A stretch of DNA of 64,000 nucleotides from Schmidtea polychroa (Eukaryota). The DNA is taken from contig CM097885.1 in assembly GCA_044892525.1 (NCBI GenBank), forward strand, positions 18,230,001 to 18,294,000. The letters run 5' to 3'. The position numbers and the translations under genes were made by a program. Positions 52,670-64,000 of the stretch are shown here, one piece after another. Position 1 is the stretch's first letter. Each line of letters starts with the position of its first letter. The notes below the pieces were generated by a model, which was not told where the DNA came from, searched no databases, and worked only from the letters and a program-made list of their open reading frames with translations.

Positions 52670-54427
52670 TTAGATATTTGTTGCGATGTCTTTCATAATT
52701 CTAAGGCATACCTCCTCTCGCCACATCATTGAGACGCTTTGTACTCCTATGGGCATACCAATAGAATCCTTTTGATATTCCAGAATCTTACGGTGGATTT
52801 TACTATCTCTTGGGTAATTTTCCAGGAGACTATCAATATCATTTTGATTTACGGTGGTAACAGGTGTAGATCCCGCTGGATAATCCAGTAAATTGTAGAT
52901 TGATGTATATGCAATAACACTTTCCAGCTCTTGAGATTTGTGTAATGGTGGAGCACATATTGGCAATGTCGGACAAATTAAACCATCCAATTTCTCATTT
53001 TGCCAGTGAACTAAAACCTTTTCACGATAACCTATAACCATTTTATTAAATTGCCATAGTTTATAAACAGGAGGTATCGCCATGGTTACATTCAATAAAA
53101 TACTCGAGCTCTTATTAAATGGATAAAGTAGAAAACTTAAACATTTTTTAAGCAAATTTGGCATTTTGAATAATGTAACAAAATTTCTAATTCAGTGATC
53201 AACGGGATTATTTTTCAGCCAATTATTTAAGAACCATTCGCCTCCATCGAAAAAAATACTTTGCAAAAACATTTCATTTATAGCACAATCCGGTTTTGGT
53301 ATTTGGAATTCCACCAATTTGTGTCCAGCTGCTTCTAATGCCTTTTTTGCCATCAAAACCGCCCGTTCTACAGCTGGAACTGGAGTCACCTGACTGCCCC
53401 CTAGATGAATATAATAACCTATTTTTAATGGCCGTTTGTCTTCGAAAACATTAGTATCAAAGCATATAGGAGGGCAATATGGATCCAATTGAAACGAATC
53501 TCTGTTTGTCATCATTTTATAAACAGCAACTAAATCATCAATGTGACGCGCCATTGGCCCATAGGATTCACAAACGAAATTTGGAGATGGGAACATACAT
53601 TTGGAATCGCGTTTACTAATCCTTGGTGAACTGGGTTTGAATCCATATATCCCACAATAATGAGAAGGAATACGAATACTTCCTCCAATGTCACTTCCTA
53701 ATCCTATCAACGACGCACCACATCCTAATATAGCTCCCTCTCCGCCTGAACTGCCTCCACTTGTTCGACCTTTATTGAATGGATTTAACGTTTCCCCATA
53801 TATAGGATTTGAAGATTCTATAGCAAGACAACCTTGACTGAGATTGGTTTTAAGAAATGGAATAAATCCGTGTAACTTCAAAATTTGAATTATAATCTCA
53901 TCTTCCTTTGCTGGATTAGAAACTTGATCTAGCATTCCATTAGTGCAATCACAATGTTTCAACACAAAACATTCTTTCACACTTATTGGAATGTTAATGA
54001 TTTTCTTGTCGACTGATTCACGAGAAATATCTAATTCTGCATTGGGATTCAAATCAGTTATAAAATTATATTCCTTATCCATTATTAGAGCTTTTGCTTG
54101 GTATGCTTGAAGAACATCAAGTGATGTAAATTCTCCTTTTTCAATAGCTTCATGTAAATCACTCAATTTCAAATTCGTAATCTTATCCATATTATTTATT
54201 GGAGTTCCAAGATCTTTTAGTTTTTTCAACAGTTCACTTTTCTTATGACTTAATTCCTTTTGCTTTTCTTTAATCTGAGCATTGTTACGATTGCTACGAT
54301 AGTAACAATATCCCGCATAACCAATTGTACCAAATATTAATGGAAAAGAAATTTTTTTTATTGTATCTTTTAATTCTTGATCAATATGGCACATTTGATG
54401 CATTTTCGATTGATAAATAATTGACAT
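52670..54427 (-). pseudogene. FAAH: Second FAAH-like copy with an in-frame nonsense codon (TGC>TGA at 53192-53194)
   Basis: Same 1758-bp length as 41514-43271; ORFs 53192-54427 and 52670-53164 are in frame; the 3' flank (about 52490-52669) is also duplicated. Confidence 0.88.
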
Positions 54428-54867
54428 GTTTCTTATTGGTCAATATAAATCGTGACTTTGACATATAAAATTGCGAAAATGTAGGTCAATTTATGTTTAT
54501 ATAGTCTCCTAATATTTAGCTTGTTTAATTTGTTGTTTATGACAAAATGTTTAATAGCCCACTACGAAAATTTTAAAGTGATTCAGTTATTTTAATCTGT
54601 CAAAAATCGTATCAGTGAAATCTAAACTTTGAAATAAGCTTGTTTATTCTCAGTGTTTATTTTTAACAAAATGGACTATTGTTCCTTCTCCTAGGCTGGT
54701 GGCAAAGTTAGACTAAGAAAATCGAGGGATTTAAAAGAATTTTTGAAATTTTGTTACTTTTACCCCAATATTTTCCATTTTTGACCCTGTCACACTTATT
54801 TTTAGTGACAAATAGATATCATCCCATTTGCCGTGAATCAATACAGGTGTTTTTCGATGGTAAAACC

Positions 54868-55364
54868 CAGTGTTGTCCAAACTGTGTGCCTTGGCGGGTG
54901 CCCAGGTGTGCCGTGAAATTTTTTAAAAAATAGTCAAAAAACCCCATTTTTCCAAACAACTTAGTAAAAGGAAATTGAATTGTGGATATTTTAACAGTTA
55001 TTTCAAAGTTAAATGTTAATCAGTCAATTAAATCAAAGAAGCGGGAAAGTATGGTTAACATTGATCAAGAATTAAGAGTTTCTTTGTCAAAAATTCCACC
55101 ATGATTGGAACTTATTTGCTCGGAACATCAAGCACATAAATCTCATTAACTATGTTTTATGAATTTTTCATTCACTAGTTTTTCTAAATTTAAAATTTTT
55201 TACATTAAATTTATTTCAAGTAAATAAGTTTTTCATTTCATATTAAAAGATTAGTAAAAGTGCAATAAAAAATTGCAAATAAAGCAAAAAAGAATTTAGG
55301 TGTGCCGTGAAAATTTTTAATTCAGCCAAGTGTGCCGTGGCTCAAAAAAGTTTGGTCTACACTG
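54868..55364 (+). mobile_element. Non-autonomous hAT (Buster/Charlie-like) deletion derivative
   Basis: TIRs CAGTGTTGTCCAAAC / GTTTGGTCTACACTG; TSD GTAAAACC / GTATAACC; GTGTGCCG subterminal motifs; retains the transposase tail (ELRVSLSKIPP...QAHKSH*). Confidence 0.82.
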
Positions 55365-55876
55365 GTATAACCCATGGATGGTGAACAATATGACATGGTG
55401 TCCAAGGCGGCACACAAATAAATTTTCATTGGCACTTATAATATCTTTCATGTTTCATAGATATGTACTAAACTAAATGCGTTTTTGAATTTTGAAAAAA
55501 ATTTGTAAACTTAATTCAACGCATTAAATATTTTAATAAGCAAAATAAAGAGTTTTCAAATTTGCGGCGAATTTATTTCTATGTTATATTATTTGTGTAT
55601 GTGCATGTGATTTTCAATGGTTTGCGTTTTGTACATAGGATGCTTAGAATCTTCACATGTATACATTCTATAGAATTCATATTCACTAATTCAGTACAGT
55701 TAATAAACCTTGTAAGTACGATCAAAAGTTGTGTTCTCTTATTTTACTCTTATTTTTGCATATAGAAAAAAAACCTATTTGTATATTTGGAAGACAAATA
55801 TAGTTGATTTCAACCCGGGTAATTCGCCAACGATTTAAATTATAATAAATAAAAAATTTGAAATTCGAAATTTAGA

Positions 55877-56840
55877 ATGTCAGAATATAAGAAAAAGAGA
55901 ACGGGGTTCAGCTGTTGTATATCGTTTCAAGATTGGTTGACTGATAAATATGGAATGATGAAAAGAAAAAACAACCCCTTATATGCGTTGTGTGGAAGTA
56001 CAGTAGTGTACAGAACATCCTCAGTAAAATTTTATTATAAAACTACTCATTCGTTTATTTTATATAAAATCAGTTCTTTTTTTCTGATGGAACGCTCCGG
56101 AACGGAATGATTTTAAAAAATTGACATATGTTTTGGTTTTTTGTCATATTTCTATTTCTGACATTTCAAATAGTCAATTACTATCAAATTAAAAGTAGTA
56201 GTCGTACGCCAAAGGGAGTGGATCATAACTCTGCGCCTCCTATGTGTTATTACTATTATATAAAACACGCTCACGGTAAATATACGCCATTAATATACTA
56301 CGTCATTAAAATCGTTTCCTGTCGTCGGCGATGTAAATTCACATTGTAAAATAATCAATATATTTAAAATTTCAAAAAATTCAGCGTCATTTTTTGCATA
56401 TAAAGGTTGGTACAGATACGTTCCAGCACCTTTTTCCAGAGAAAAAGCACTGTATAAAATGATTCATAACTCAAAGAGTATATTGCACGTCAAGTTAAAA
56501 ACAAAACTTACAATCGAGCTCATTCGCTAAATTTTTGGATCTTACAAATTATTTAGTTGCTGCTAGTTTTGAAGTTTCAAAGATTATTGCTACTCATAGC
56601 AAACCATTTTGCGATGGCGATTATATTATGGAAGCTTTCATTAAAAGTGAAGCACATTTATTTGAAGATCTTCAAAATAAAGATAAGATACTTAAGTACA
56701 ATCAAGAATTTAGTTTAAGTCGAAATACTGTCAAAGACAGGATATTAAAAATGCATGAAAATATTAATATTAAAAAAAATTATATACGGGTCTGCAAAGC
56801 TATTTTCTATATGTTAGATGACAGAACGAACAATCGATAA
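55877..56840 (+). pseudogene. Degenerate hAT transposase N-terminal region split by a MITE
   Basis: FQDWLTDKYG...ALCG, then ASFEVSKIIATHSKPFCDGDYI...SLSRNTVKDRI. Confidence 0.8.
56071..56452. mobile_element. hAT-type MITE
   Basis: TIRs CAGTTCTTTTTTTCTG / CAGAGAAAAAGCACTG; perfect 8-bp TSD TATAAAAT (56063-56070, 56453-56460). Confidence 0.85.
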
Positions 56841-57265
56841 TTTCGAATTAACAAAGTACAACAGGACGGGCCTGAACAAGTACCGAATAAGTATATATGC
56901 GGTGAGAAGATAAGTTTCCCAAATCCCAAACCATGAATCGATATCAAATTCCAAACAAAAATCTGACAATGAATATATAATCATCCAATTTATCTGATTC
57001 TACATATTTAAATTAATCTTTTTTTCTTTATTTTTCTGTTTATTTTATGTATTAATTTATATTCAGTTTATTTCATACAATGACTATATTCTATCTGATT
57101 GTACAATTTGACTTAATTGATCGAATATTTTGACATATTTATTATTATTTTATTCTGTTTATTTTATGTAGTAATTTATATTCCGTTTTAATTTATTTGA
57201 TAATTCATATTCATGTAAAAGTTCTATCTTTGTAGTTTAATTTTATGTAACGATATCGTTTATTA

Positions 57266-59723
57266 CAGTGGTGCCCAACCTAGTGCCCGCGGGCAAAAAA
57301 GTGCCCGTGGAGACTTTTTCAAATGCCCGTGGGTGTTTTTCTAAATACGGTTAAAGAAAATATCAATTTTTAACATTAAGATGTATAATGTTTCAATGAG
57401 AATTACAAGCGCATTTTTAATTTTCGAAATTAAAATTAATCAATCCCAACAATTAATTATTAAATGGGAATTCCAAGAAAATTAAATTTTTTCCTACTTT
57501 AAATTAAAATTAATTAACTCAAATATCGTTACATCGTTAGTTAAAAAACTCTATTTAAATCAGTCAACCAAAAACAATCTCTCAGTGTGGACAACAATTT
57601 ATCCAAATAAAAAAAATAATTTTTGTTTTTACAAAAATGTCTCTCAGCAAAGGGATGTCTCGAAAAAGAAAACGTGAAGATGAAAAATCTGCGCAACAAG
57701 TGTTAAGAAATAACTGGGAAGAACAATTTTTGTTCACACATTCACAATCATCAAGGCCAATTTGTCTGATTTGTAATGACACAGTTGCAGTCTATAAAAA
57801 ATACAATGTGGAACGTCATTTTAATCAGATGCATTCAGAATTCAAAATTAAATACCCAATTGGATCTGCAGACAGAACTGACTTTATTTCAAAGAGAAAA
57901 TCGAAACTTGCAGTTCAGCAAACATTTTTTACCAAAAGACAAGAAGAAATGCACGGTATGACAAAAGCTTCCTTTCAAATTTCCCTGCTGCTTGCCAGAT
58001 TAAAAAAAAGTTATTCAGATGGTGAAATGGTAAAAGAGGCAATTTCTATTTTTGCTGAAAACTCAGGTGACCCAAAAAACAAATTGCTGTCCAAAAACAT
58101 AGCACTTTCAAGAAATACAGTTACTCGGAGAATTGAAGAAATGGCCAATGATGTCTCAAAACAAATTATTGTTGCTGCTTCACTTTCAAAATACTTTTCA
58201 ATTGCAATTGATGAAAGCTGTGATGCAACTGACAGTGCTCAATTACTGGTTTATATAAGATGTGTCAATGAAAACTTCGATGTTGTTCAGGAACTTCTTG
58301 GCCTTTGTCAACTGAAAACCACAACAACTGGAGCCGATATCTTTGAAGCACTGAAAGATTGTGTGGAAAATTCAAGCATCAACGAGTATAAGCTCAACTG
58401 GAATCAACTGGAAAGTATCTGCACAGATGGAGCTCCTGCAATAGTTGGAAAAAACAACGGTTGTGTTTCCCTTCTAGAAAAATATCTAAAAAGAAAACTT
58501 TTTAAGTACCATTGCATTATTCATCAAGAAGTTCTTTGCTCAAAGGATATGGAATTCAAGCATGTTATTGACACAGCTGTGCACTGTATTAACAAGATTA
58601 GAGCACGATCTCTAAATAGAAGAGAGTTCCGATCCCTGTTTGAAGAGGAAACTGATGATTGTGGTGAACTTTTGCTCCATTGCTCTGTTCGCTGGTTGTC
58701 AAAGGGAAAAATGCTGTCAAGATTTTTCCAGTTAAGGACCCAAGTACTGCAAATTTTGGAAGAAAAAAAAGAGTTGCCTACCGAGTGTGATCTTTTGAAA
58801 AACAATTCCTGGTTGAGTGAATTGGCTTTTCTTGTTGATGTCACAAATTACCTGAACATCTTGAACACAGGATTGCAAGGTGAAAATAGTTTGTTCCCAA
58901 CACTATTCAATCAAATCAATGCATTTAAGGCAAAATTAAAACTGTTTTATAACAGTCTTTCTCAAGGAAATCTGGATCTTTTCCCCACGCTTCAGAAATT
59001 TCAACTTGAAAGTTCAATCACTGTCAACTTGGACTATGAAAAATACAAACTTGCCATTATGAATTTGTCTCATTCATTTTCTTCTCGATTTTCTGACTTT
59101 GAGGCAGAGAAGGATAACATTTTATTGTTCATTAATCCATTCTCTATATCAGAAAGTGAAATCAGCAAGTATTCTCCAAAAATACAGATGGAAATTACTG
59201 ACATTCAAAACCACACAGGATTAAAGAGAAAGTTTCAAGAGCTTTGTGAATCACCTATTTCACCCGACTTAAAAGCATTCTGGAAGCTTGTTCCAAAAAA
59301 TAACTATCCTGAACTTAACAACATGGCACTCCGGTTTGTGGTCAAATTTGGATCAACTTACATTTGTGAGAAGACATTTTCTTCAATGAACTACATAAAA
59401 AGCAAATTCAGATGTTCACTCACTGATGCTCACTTGGAAAACCTCATTCTATTATCAAATTCAAAAATCAATCCTGATATTGATCAACTTGTTAGCCAGA
59501 CTCAAATTCAAAAGCCGCATTAAAATGATGTTATAAATAAATTTGTTTGTTTTGTTTCACATTATTATTTTTATTATTTTAAATTTTTAATACAAATGCA
59601 TGTTTCCTAATAAATAGATTGTTATAAGATCATTTTTCTATTAACTAATTTTTCAAAAATGTGCCCGCAAAGACTTTTTCATTTAAATAGTTGCCCACTT
59701 GATAAAAAGGTTGGGCACCACTG
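57266..59723 (+). mobile_element. Full-length Buster/SPIN-type hAT transposon (2458 bp)
   Basis: Perfect TIRs CAGTGGTGCCCAACCT / AGGTTGGGCACCACTG; perfect TSD GTTTATTA (nnnTAnnn); TGCCCG subterminal repeats. Confidence 0.96.
57637..59523 (+). CDS. hAT transposase (GTF2IRD2/SPIN-like), 628 aa, intact
   Basis: BED finger CLIC...RHFNQMH; AIDESCD, CTDGAP, HCIIHQE, VRWLS, FGSTYICEKTFS. Confidence 0.96.
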   Translation: MSLSKGMSRKRKREDEKSAQQVLRNNWEEQFLFTHSQSSRPICLICNDTVAVYKKYNVERHFNQMHSEFKIKYPIGSADRTDFISKRKSKLAVQQTFFTKRQEEMHGMTKASFQISLLLARLKKSYSDGEMVKEAISIFAENSGDPKNKLLSKNIALSRNTVTRRIEEMANDVSKQIIVAASLSKYFSIAIDESCDATDSAQLLVYIRCVNENFDVVQELLGLCQLKTTTTGADIFEALKDCVENSSINEYKLNWNQLESICTDGAPAIVGKNNGCVSLLEKYLKRKLFKYHCIIHQEVLCSKDMEFKHVIDTAVHCINKIRARSLNRREFRSLFEEETDDCGELLLHCSVRWLSKGKMLSRFFQLRTQVLQILEEKKELPTECDLLKNNSWLSELAFLVDVTNYLNILNTGLQGENSLFPTLFNQINAFKAKLKLFYNSLSQGNLDLFPTLQKFQLESSITVNLDYEKYKLAIMNLSHSFSSRFSDFEAEKDNILLFINPFSISESEISKYSPKIQMEITDIQNHTGLKRKFQELCESPISPDLKAFWKLVPKNNYPELNNMALRFVVKFGSTYICEKTFSSMNYIKSKFRCSLTDAHLENLILLSNSKINPDIDQLVSQTQIQKPH

Positions 59724-60300
59724 GTTTATTACATTTTAATTTTTTATAATAGGAAATATTAATTAATAATTACAATAACCAATTTTCGAAATATTTAAAT
59801 GGCAGACAATAATATATCACGAGAAACATAAATTATAGTATAACATAATATCAGTTAGTCAACTTTTTAATAATATGTCACGAATAATGGAAATTAATAA
59901 TAATGATATTACAAAATAAATTTTCAATAATGCAATATTTAATAAGTCACGAATAATATAATAAGAATAATATCATCTGGTATTAATACCAGGCCAGTAG
60001 TTCCATATGGCCCGGGACTCCGCTCCAAAAAGGGCCTCAAAGGGACTTCACATTTAATAAATAAATGCTTTTATTAAATATTAATATAACTTCAAGTCCG
60101 ACCTATATAATTTTTATTTATGTATAATCGTCAATAACACAATATTATGTCATTTCTGCCTAGATAGTCTTTTTTGATAATGTTTACTGTAATGATTTAT
60201 ACAAAATACATTTAAAATTAATTCATCAGTTTCATTCGAATACTTTTCTTGTCTTTATAATTTACATTTATGTATATATATTATAGATGAATATTCCAAA

Positions 60301-60597
60301 GTGATGTTAAATCGCCTCAAGTATTTCTATCCTCAATTGAATGAAATCCTAAAGGACAGGGATCCAGAAATTATACCAGATCAGATATACAATGCAACAA
60401 GAATCTGGATATTAGATATATTGAATCAATTCCAATGGGATATCAAGATCAACAGAATGCAGAAAGAAATGGAACCAGAATATCCATGCATCATCGGATG
60501 CAGTTGTTGTGCTGGTCGTTATCAGCAATATGTAAAATGGAATTTGGTAAAAACACTTAGAAAATACCACTATTCTAGGATTGTTGATTTAAATTAA
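60301..60597 (+). CDS. Small hypothetical protein, probably a Polinton accessory gene
   Basis: 98-aa ORF with a CIIGCSCC motif upstream of the Polinton core cluster; homology not recognised. Confidence 0.35.
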   Translation: MMLNRLKYFYPQLNEILKDRDPEIIPDQIYNATRIWILDILNQFQWDIKINRMQKEMEPEYPCIIGCSCCAGRYQQYVKWNLVKTLRKYHYSRIVDLN

Positions 60598-60800
60598 TAA
60601 ATTTTTTATGTATTCTGTTTTTTATATAGATGACCAAAAATAATAATAATAAAAATAATAAAAATAATAACATTAATGCAATTTAAACAAAGACATTTAA
60701 TCTGATTGGTTTTCCATTTATTTTGAAGGTATTAAAACCCTGTCCATTTCATTTTAATCATGATTCACAATGACCAAGAAAAGCACCGAAAAACCGAAAG

Positions 60801-61178
60801 ATGAGCTTGTACAACTTGTTTAAATGCTCCACAACTACAAAATGTATTTTTTTAAAAGAAGAAATCAATATGAAATTGGTTGCACCGGTCAAGTTAATTC
60901 CAACTCAATTTCAATTCTTATCCGGCACGCTTTCAATGATAGATGTTAAAACTATTGATGATGTTTTCACACGGTTGAATTTAAATCTATCATGCAATCA
61001 AAATGCATCGTTCAACAACCGATATGCAAATTTTTATGACATCTTTGATGAAATTAGTTTCAAAGAAAACGAAAATTGGTTTATAAAAATTGCAATTCAG
61101 GGATATAAAGTTGATAATAATGATGTGTATTCTCCAATTTGGAAAAGTATGTCTGCTAGACTTTCACAATTATTTTAA
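60801..61178 (+). CDS. Hypothetical protein, probably a Polinton accessory gene
   Basis: 125-aa ORF of normal complexity in very AT-rich DNA; context only. Confidence 0.45.
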   Translation: MSLYNLFKCSTTTKCIFLKEEINMKLVAPVKLIPTQFQFLSGTLSMIDVKTIDDVFTRLNLNLSCNQNASFNNRYANFYDIFDEISFKENENWFIKIAIQGYKVDNNDVYSPIWKSMSARLSQLF

Positions 61179-61908
61179 TGTTTTTAAGAAATGTATATAA
61201 TGGATTTTAATAAATGTATTTAATGTATTTAACGGATTTTAATAAATGTATTTAATGTATTTAATCTTATTTATTTTATTAACATTAATGCAACATTTAT
61301 GCAGCAGTAATGCAAATTTAACAAAAAGATTCTATAAAAAAATTACATTATAGTTTTAAAGTGTTAATTATAATGACTACAGAAAAAGGTTAACATGATT
61401 GATTAATTACCGAATTATAAAATATTTAAAAATTGTAATCAACTTTTTGTTTGAAAAATTGGCAGAAATAGCTGGTGTAAATGTTGAGGACATATTATGT
61501 TGAGGATATATTTTCTGTTGCAAATGCATTAAATATAAGCTGGATAGTTAAGAGTCAAGATTCAGGATTTGATGAAAGTGAAGTGACTCAATAAATGGAT
61601 ACTCAAGAAAATGATGTAGAAATTGATGGAGAAATTGGTGAAATTGATGAGGAACCTATAGATGAACCTAAAGAAATTGATAACGAACCGTATATGTCGT
61701 AGATCACGTCGTTGATAATATTATGAAATGTGGAGATGAAGATTATGATTGTGTTAATTAATAATTTTTAGTTATTGATTTTAAAATAACATTAATTTTT
61801 ATTTAAAAGCAATGTACAATAAAGCAATACCTGTTGCAAGTTTAATATAGTTTTTCATTTTTCTTTTGATTTCATCACTTTTTTTAGCATTGTGGGCGAG
61901 TTGATTGA

Positions 61909-62316
61909 TTACTTATTAGAGAATAAAACTTGAATTCCTTCTTCACAAATATAATCTTTTTTATTACTTATATCTGATTCTAAAATCTTTTCCTTATACC
62001 AATCAACCATATCACAAGGTTGAAAAACTTCTTCAGGACATCTATGTTGATTTTTAAAAATATCAATTATAGCTTTTTTAGTTAATTTATTTTCAAATCC
62101 ACATTTCAAAAGTTGTAATTCTGGTTGATTTATGGTTGTAGAATAAAAGATTAAATTATTATAATCTACAAACCTATCCTCAAGCAACATCCTCAAAAGA
62201 AGTACATTCTTTCCACATCCAGAAGAACCAACAATTAATAATCTAAAATTATCAGGAAATACTTTATTATTAAATTTACTCTTATGTCTATTTAAAATTG
62301 GTTTCCAAATATCCAT
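61909..62316 (-). pseudogene. Truncated A32/FtsK-like packaging ATPase of a Polinton/adintovirus-like element
   Basis: FPDNFRLLIVGSSGCGKN (Walker A); stops at 135 aa before any Walker B. Confidence 0.85.
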
Positions 62317-62331
62317 TTTGTTTATTATAAA

Positions 62332-62889
62332 ATGACAACTGAAGAATCTTTAGAGCAATCCTTGCAAGAATTAATAAATTCAAATAAAAATAAATCGGTT
62401 GTAATCAGCGGTAAGAAATATTTTATTGGAAAACATGTAAAAGAACAAGTTAAAGAACATATGAAGACTGGTGGAAAGGGTCACGAGGGGGGTTTTCTTC
62501 CTTTAGCTGCTTTAATTCCAGCAATAATAGCTGGAATAACTGGTGCTACAGGAATAGCTACAGGAATAGCAAAAACTGTAAGCAATTCAAGAGATGCTAG
62601 AAATAAAGAATTAGAAAAAGAAAAACTAGAAGCTGAAATCGAGAAAATAAAAGGTCAAAAGGGTCAAGGTCTCTATCTTAATCCTTATCAGGGGAGGGGT
62701 CTCTATCTTGATCCTTATAAAGGTAGAGGTTTAAATGATTTTTTAAAAAATCAAATTTCTACATCTGAATCTTTATCATCAAAAGATAAAGATGATTTTA
62801 AAAAAATATGTAAAGCTTTAAAGAATGGGTGTATTTGTAAAAATGCGCAGGGCCAGGGATTGTATTTAAGATCTTGGAAGGAACAATGA
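62332..62889 (+). CDS. Polinton/adintovirus core or membrane-active protein-like ORF
   Basis: EGGFLPLAALIPAIIAGITGATG and repeated GxGLYLxP motifs typical of Polinton small virion proteins. Confidence 0.75.
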   Translation: MTTEESLEQSLQELINSNKNKSVVISGKKYFIGKHVKEQVKEHMKTGGKGHEGGFLPLAALIPAIIAGITGATGIATGIAKTVSNSRDARNKELEKEKLEAEIEKIKGQKGQGLYLNPYQGRGLYLDPYKGRGLNDFLKNQISTSESLSSKDKDDFKKICKALKNGCICKNAQGQGLYLRSWKEQ

Positions 62890-62922
62890 TTCCCCAGCCC
62901 CCTCCATTTTAATACCATTAAA

Positions 62923-63795
62923 ATGGTATATGAAGAAAGATTGTCTCTTTTAAAAAAATTACAATCAGAACAAGATAAATATAATAAAAAAGATATAACT
63001 CAACATGCTGAATCAATAATATTAAATGAGGTAATCCAACAACAACAGGAGCCAACAATTAAAGCTATAGAGGGACTTATCCCTCCTGAACATAAAGCTA
63101 TAGAAGCTCCTAAAAAGGAATTATTAAGATTAGTAGGAAAAAAACGTAGAAATAATATTGATTTAGAAGAAGATGAATTTCTTTCAAGATTAACACCTCA
63201 TAAGACTCCAATTAATTTTAAAATTAATACATCACTAGCTCCATCAATTATACCTATTATAGGTTATGATCTTAGAGGTTTTCAAACAATAACAATTAAT
63301 AATCAAAAATTTTATATATATTTAAATTCAGAAAATAATCCTGCGATTATTTCAATAAATACTTTTATGAATAGAGAGCGTGTTGACATTGAACTTTCAG
63401 ATGATTTTCATGGATTAATTTCTGGATATATTCCAGATGGTGTCAAGAATGAAGAAATTGATAAATATTTAAACTTAATAAAATTAATAAATGGTAGCCC
63501 TAAAGCAAAATATATTCAAGATTTAAAGAAATATAAAGATAGAGATAAAACAACCCCTCAAATTCAAATCATTGAAGATGATTCCTCAGATGTTGAACTA
63601 TCAGAGGGAGAAGGGTATAAGGAAGGAGAGGGATTTAGTAATAACCCTATAAATCTTTTTATTGAATTAAGAAAACTATTAGCTGCAAGGAAAGCAGGAC
63701 ATAATAATTTAGATTCTGATATTTTAAAGATTTCTAAAAAATTGTTAAAACAAGGAATAATTTCAAAAGATAAATTTAATAAGTATATAAAATGA
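62923..63795 (+). CDS. Conserved Polinton-associated protein
   Basis: C-terminal GEGF...NPINLFIELRKLLAARKAGHNN, resembling the L..RL.LL.A...AGN motif of Polinton ORFs; overlaps the next gene (ATGA). Confidence 0.72.
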   Translation: MVYEERLSLLKKLQSEQDKYNKKDITQHAESIILNEVIQQQQEPTIKAIEGLIPPEHKAIEAPKKELLRLVGKKRRNNIDLEEDEFLSRLTPHKTPINFKINTSLAPSIIPIIGYDLRGFQTITINNQKFYIYLNSENNPAIISINTFMNRERVDIELSDDFHGLISGYIPDGVKNEEIDKYLNLIKLINGSPKAKYIQDLKKYKDRDKTTPQIQIIEDDSSDVELSEGEGYKEGEGFSNNPINLFIELRKLLAARKAGHNNLDSDILKISKKLLKQGIISKDKFNKYIK

Positions 63796-64000
63796 CTCCT
63801 TCAATATTAGATTTTTTAAAAACATTTGGAATAAATACAAAAACAAATTTTGATTTAAAAGATTATGCTAGAGATTTAAATTTAAAAATTAAAATATTAA
63901 TGAATGATGAATTATCAAGTCTGGAGAAAGAAACTCCAATGAATATAATAATCAATTATCAAAATTCAAATGAGAAAGGATCTCATTGGGTTTGTATATA
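63792..64000 (+). CDS. Adenain-like cysteine protease (5' part; runs off the right edge)
   Basis: Manual translation MTPSILDFLK...TNFDLKDYA...IIINYQNSNEKGSHWVCI with the GxHW catalytic His motif. Confidence 0.85.
   Translation, partial: MTPSILDFLKTFGINTKTNFDLKDYARDLNLKIKILMNDELSSLEKETPMNIIINYQNSNEKGSHWVCI

Overview
Very AT-rich, repeat-dominated eukaryotic (invertebrate) genomic window; a planarian-like genome is my guess from composition and element content, not proven. The main structure is two giant, apparently non-coding palindromic insertions with Polinton/Maverick-type ends. Element A (5079-21626) has arms of about 8.1 and 7.5 kb, a spacer of about 1 kb, AGTAGG...CCTACT termini and a 6-bp TSD TATTAT. 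Element B (25249-38225) has arms of about 4.8 and 5.4 kb, a 2.8 kb spacer, AGTAGT...ACTACT termini and a 6-bp TSD TCTTAG. Their outer sequences are unrelated, but they share a decayed internal core and a conserved ~100-bp TATA-ended module found 14 times in the window. Remnants of coding Polinton/adintovirus-like elements lie at both edges: a disrupted protein-primed PolB on the left, and a packaging ATPase fragment, core-protein-like ORFs and a cysteine protease start on the right. Also present: nested hAT/Mutator/Merlin/mariner elements and MITEs, one intact Buster-type hAT, Gypsy-like relics, a Penelope GIY-YIG fragment with a candidate variant hammerhead ribozyme, a decayed chuvirus-like glycoprotein, and two intronless FAAH-like amidase copies (one with a nonsense codon). 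All comparisons were made by eye; no database searches were run.
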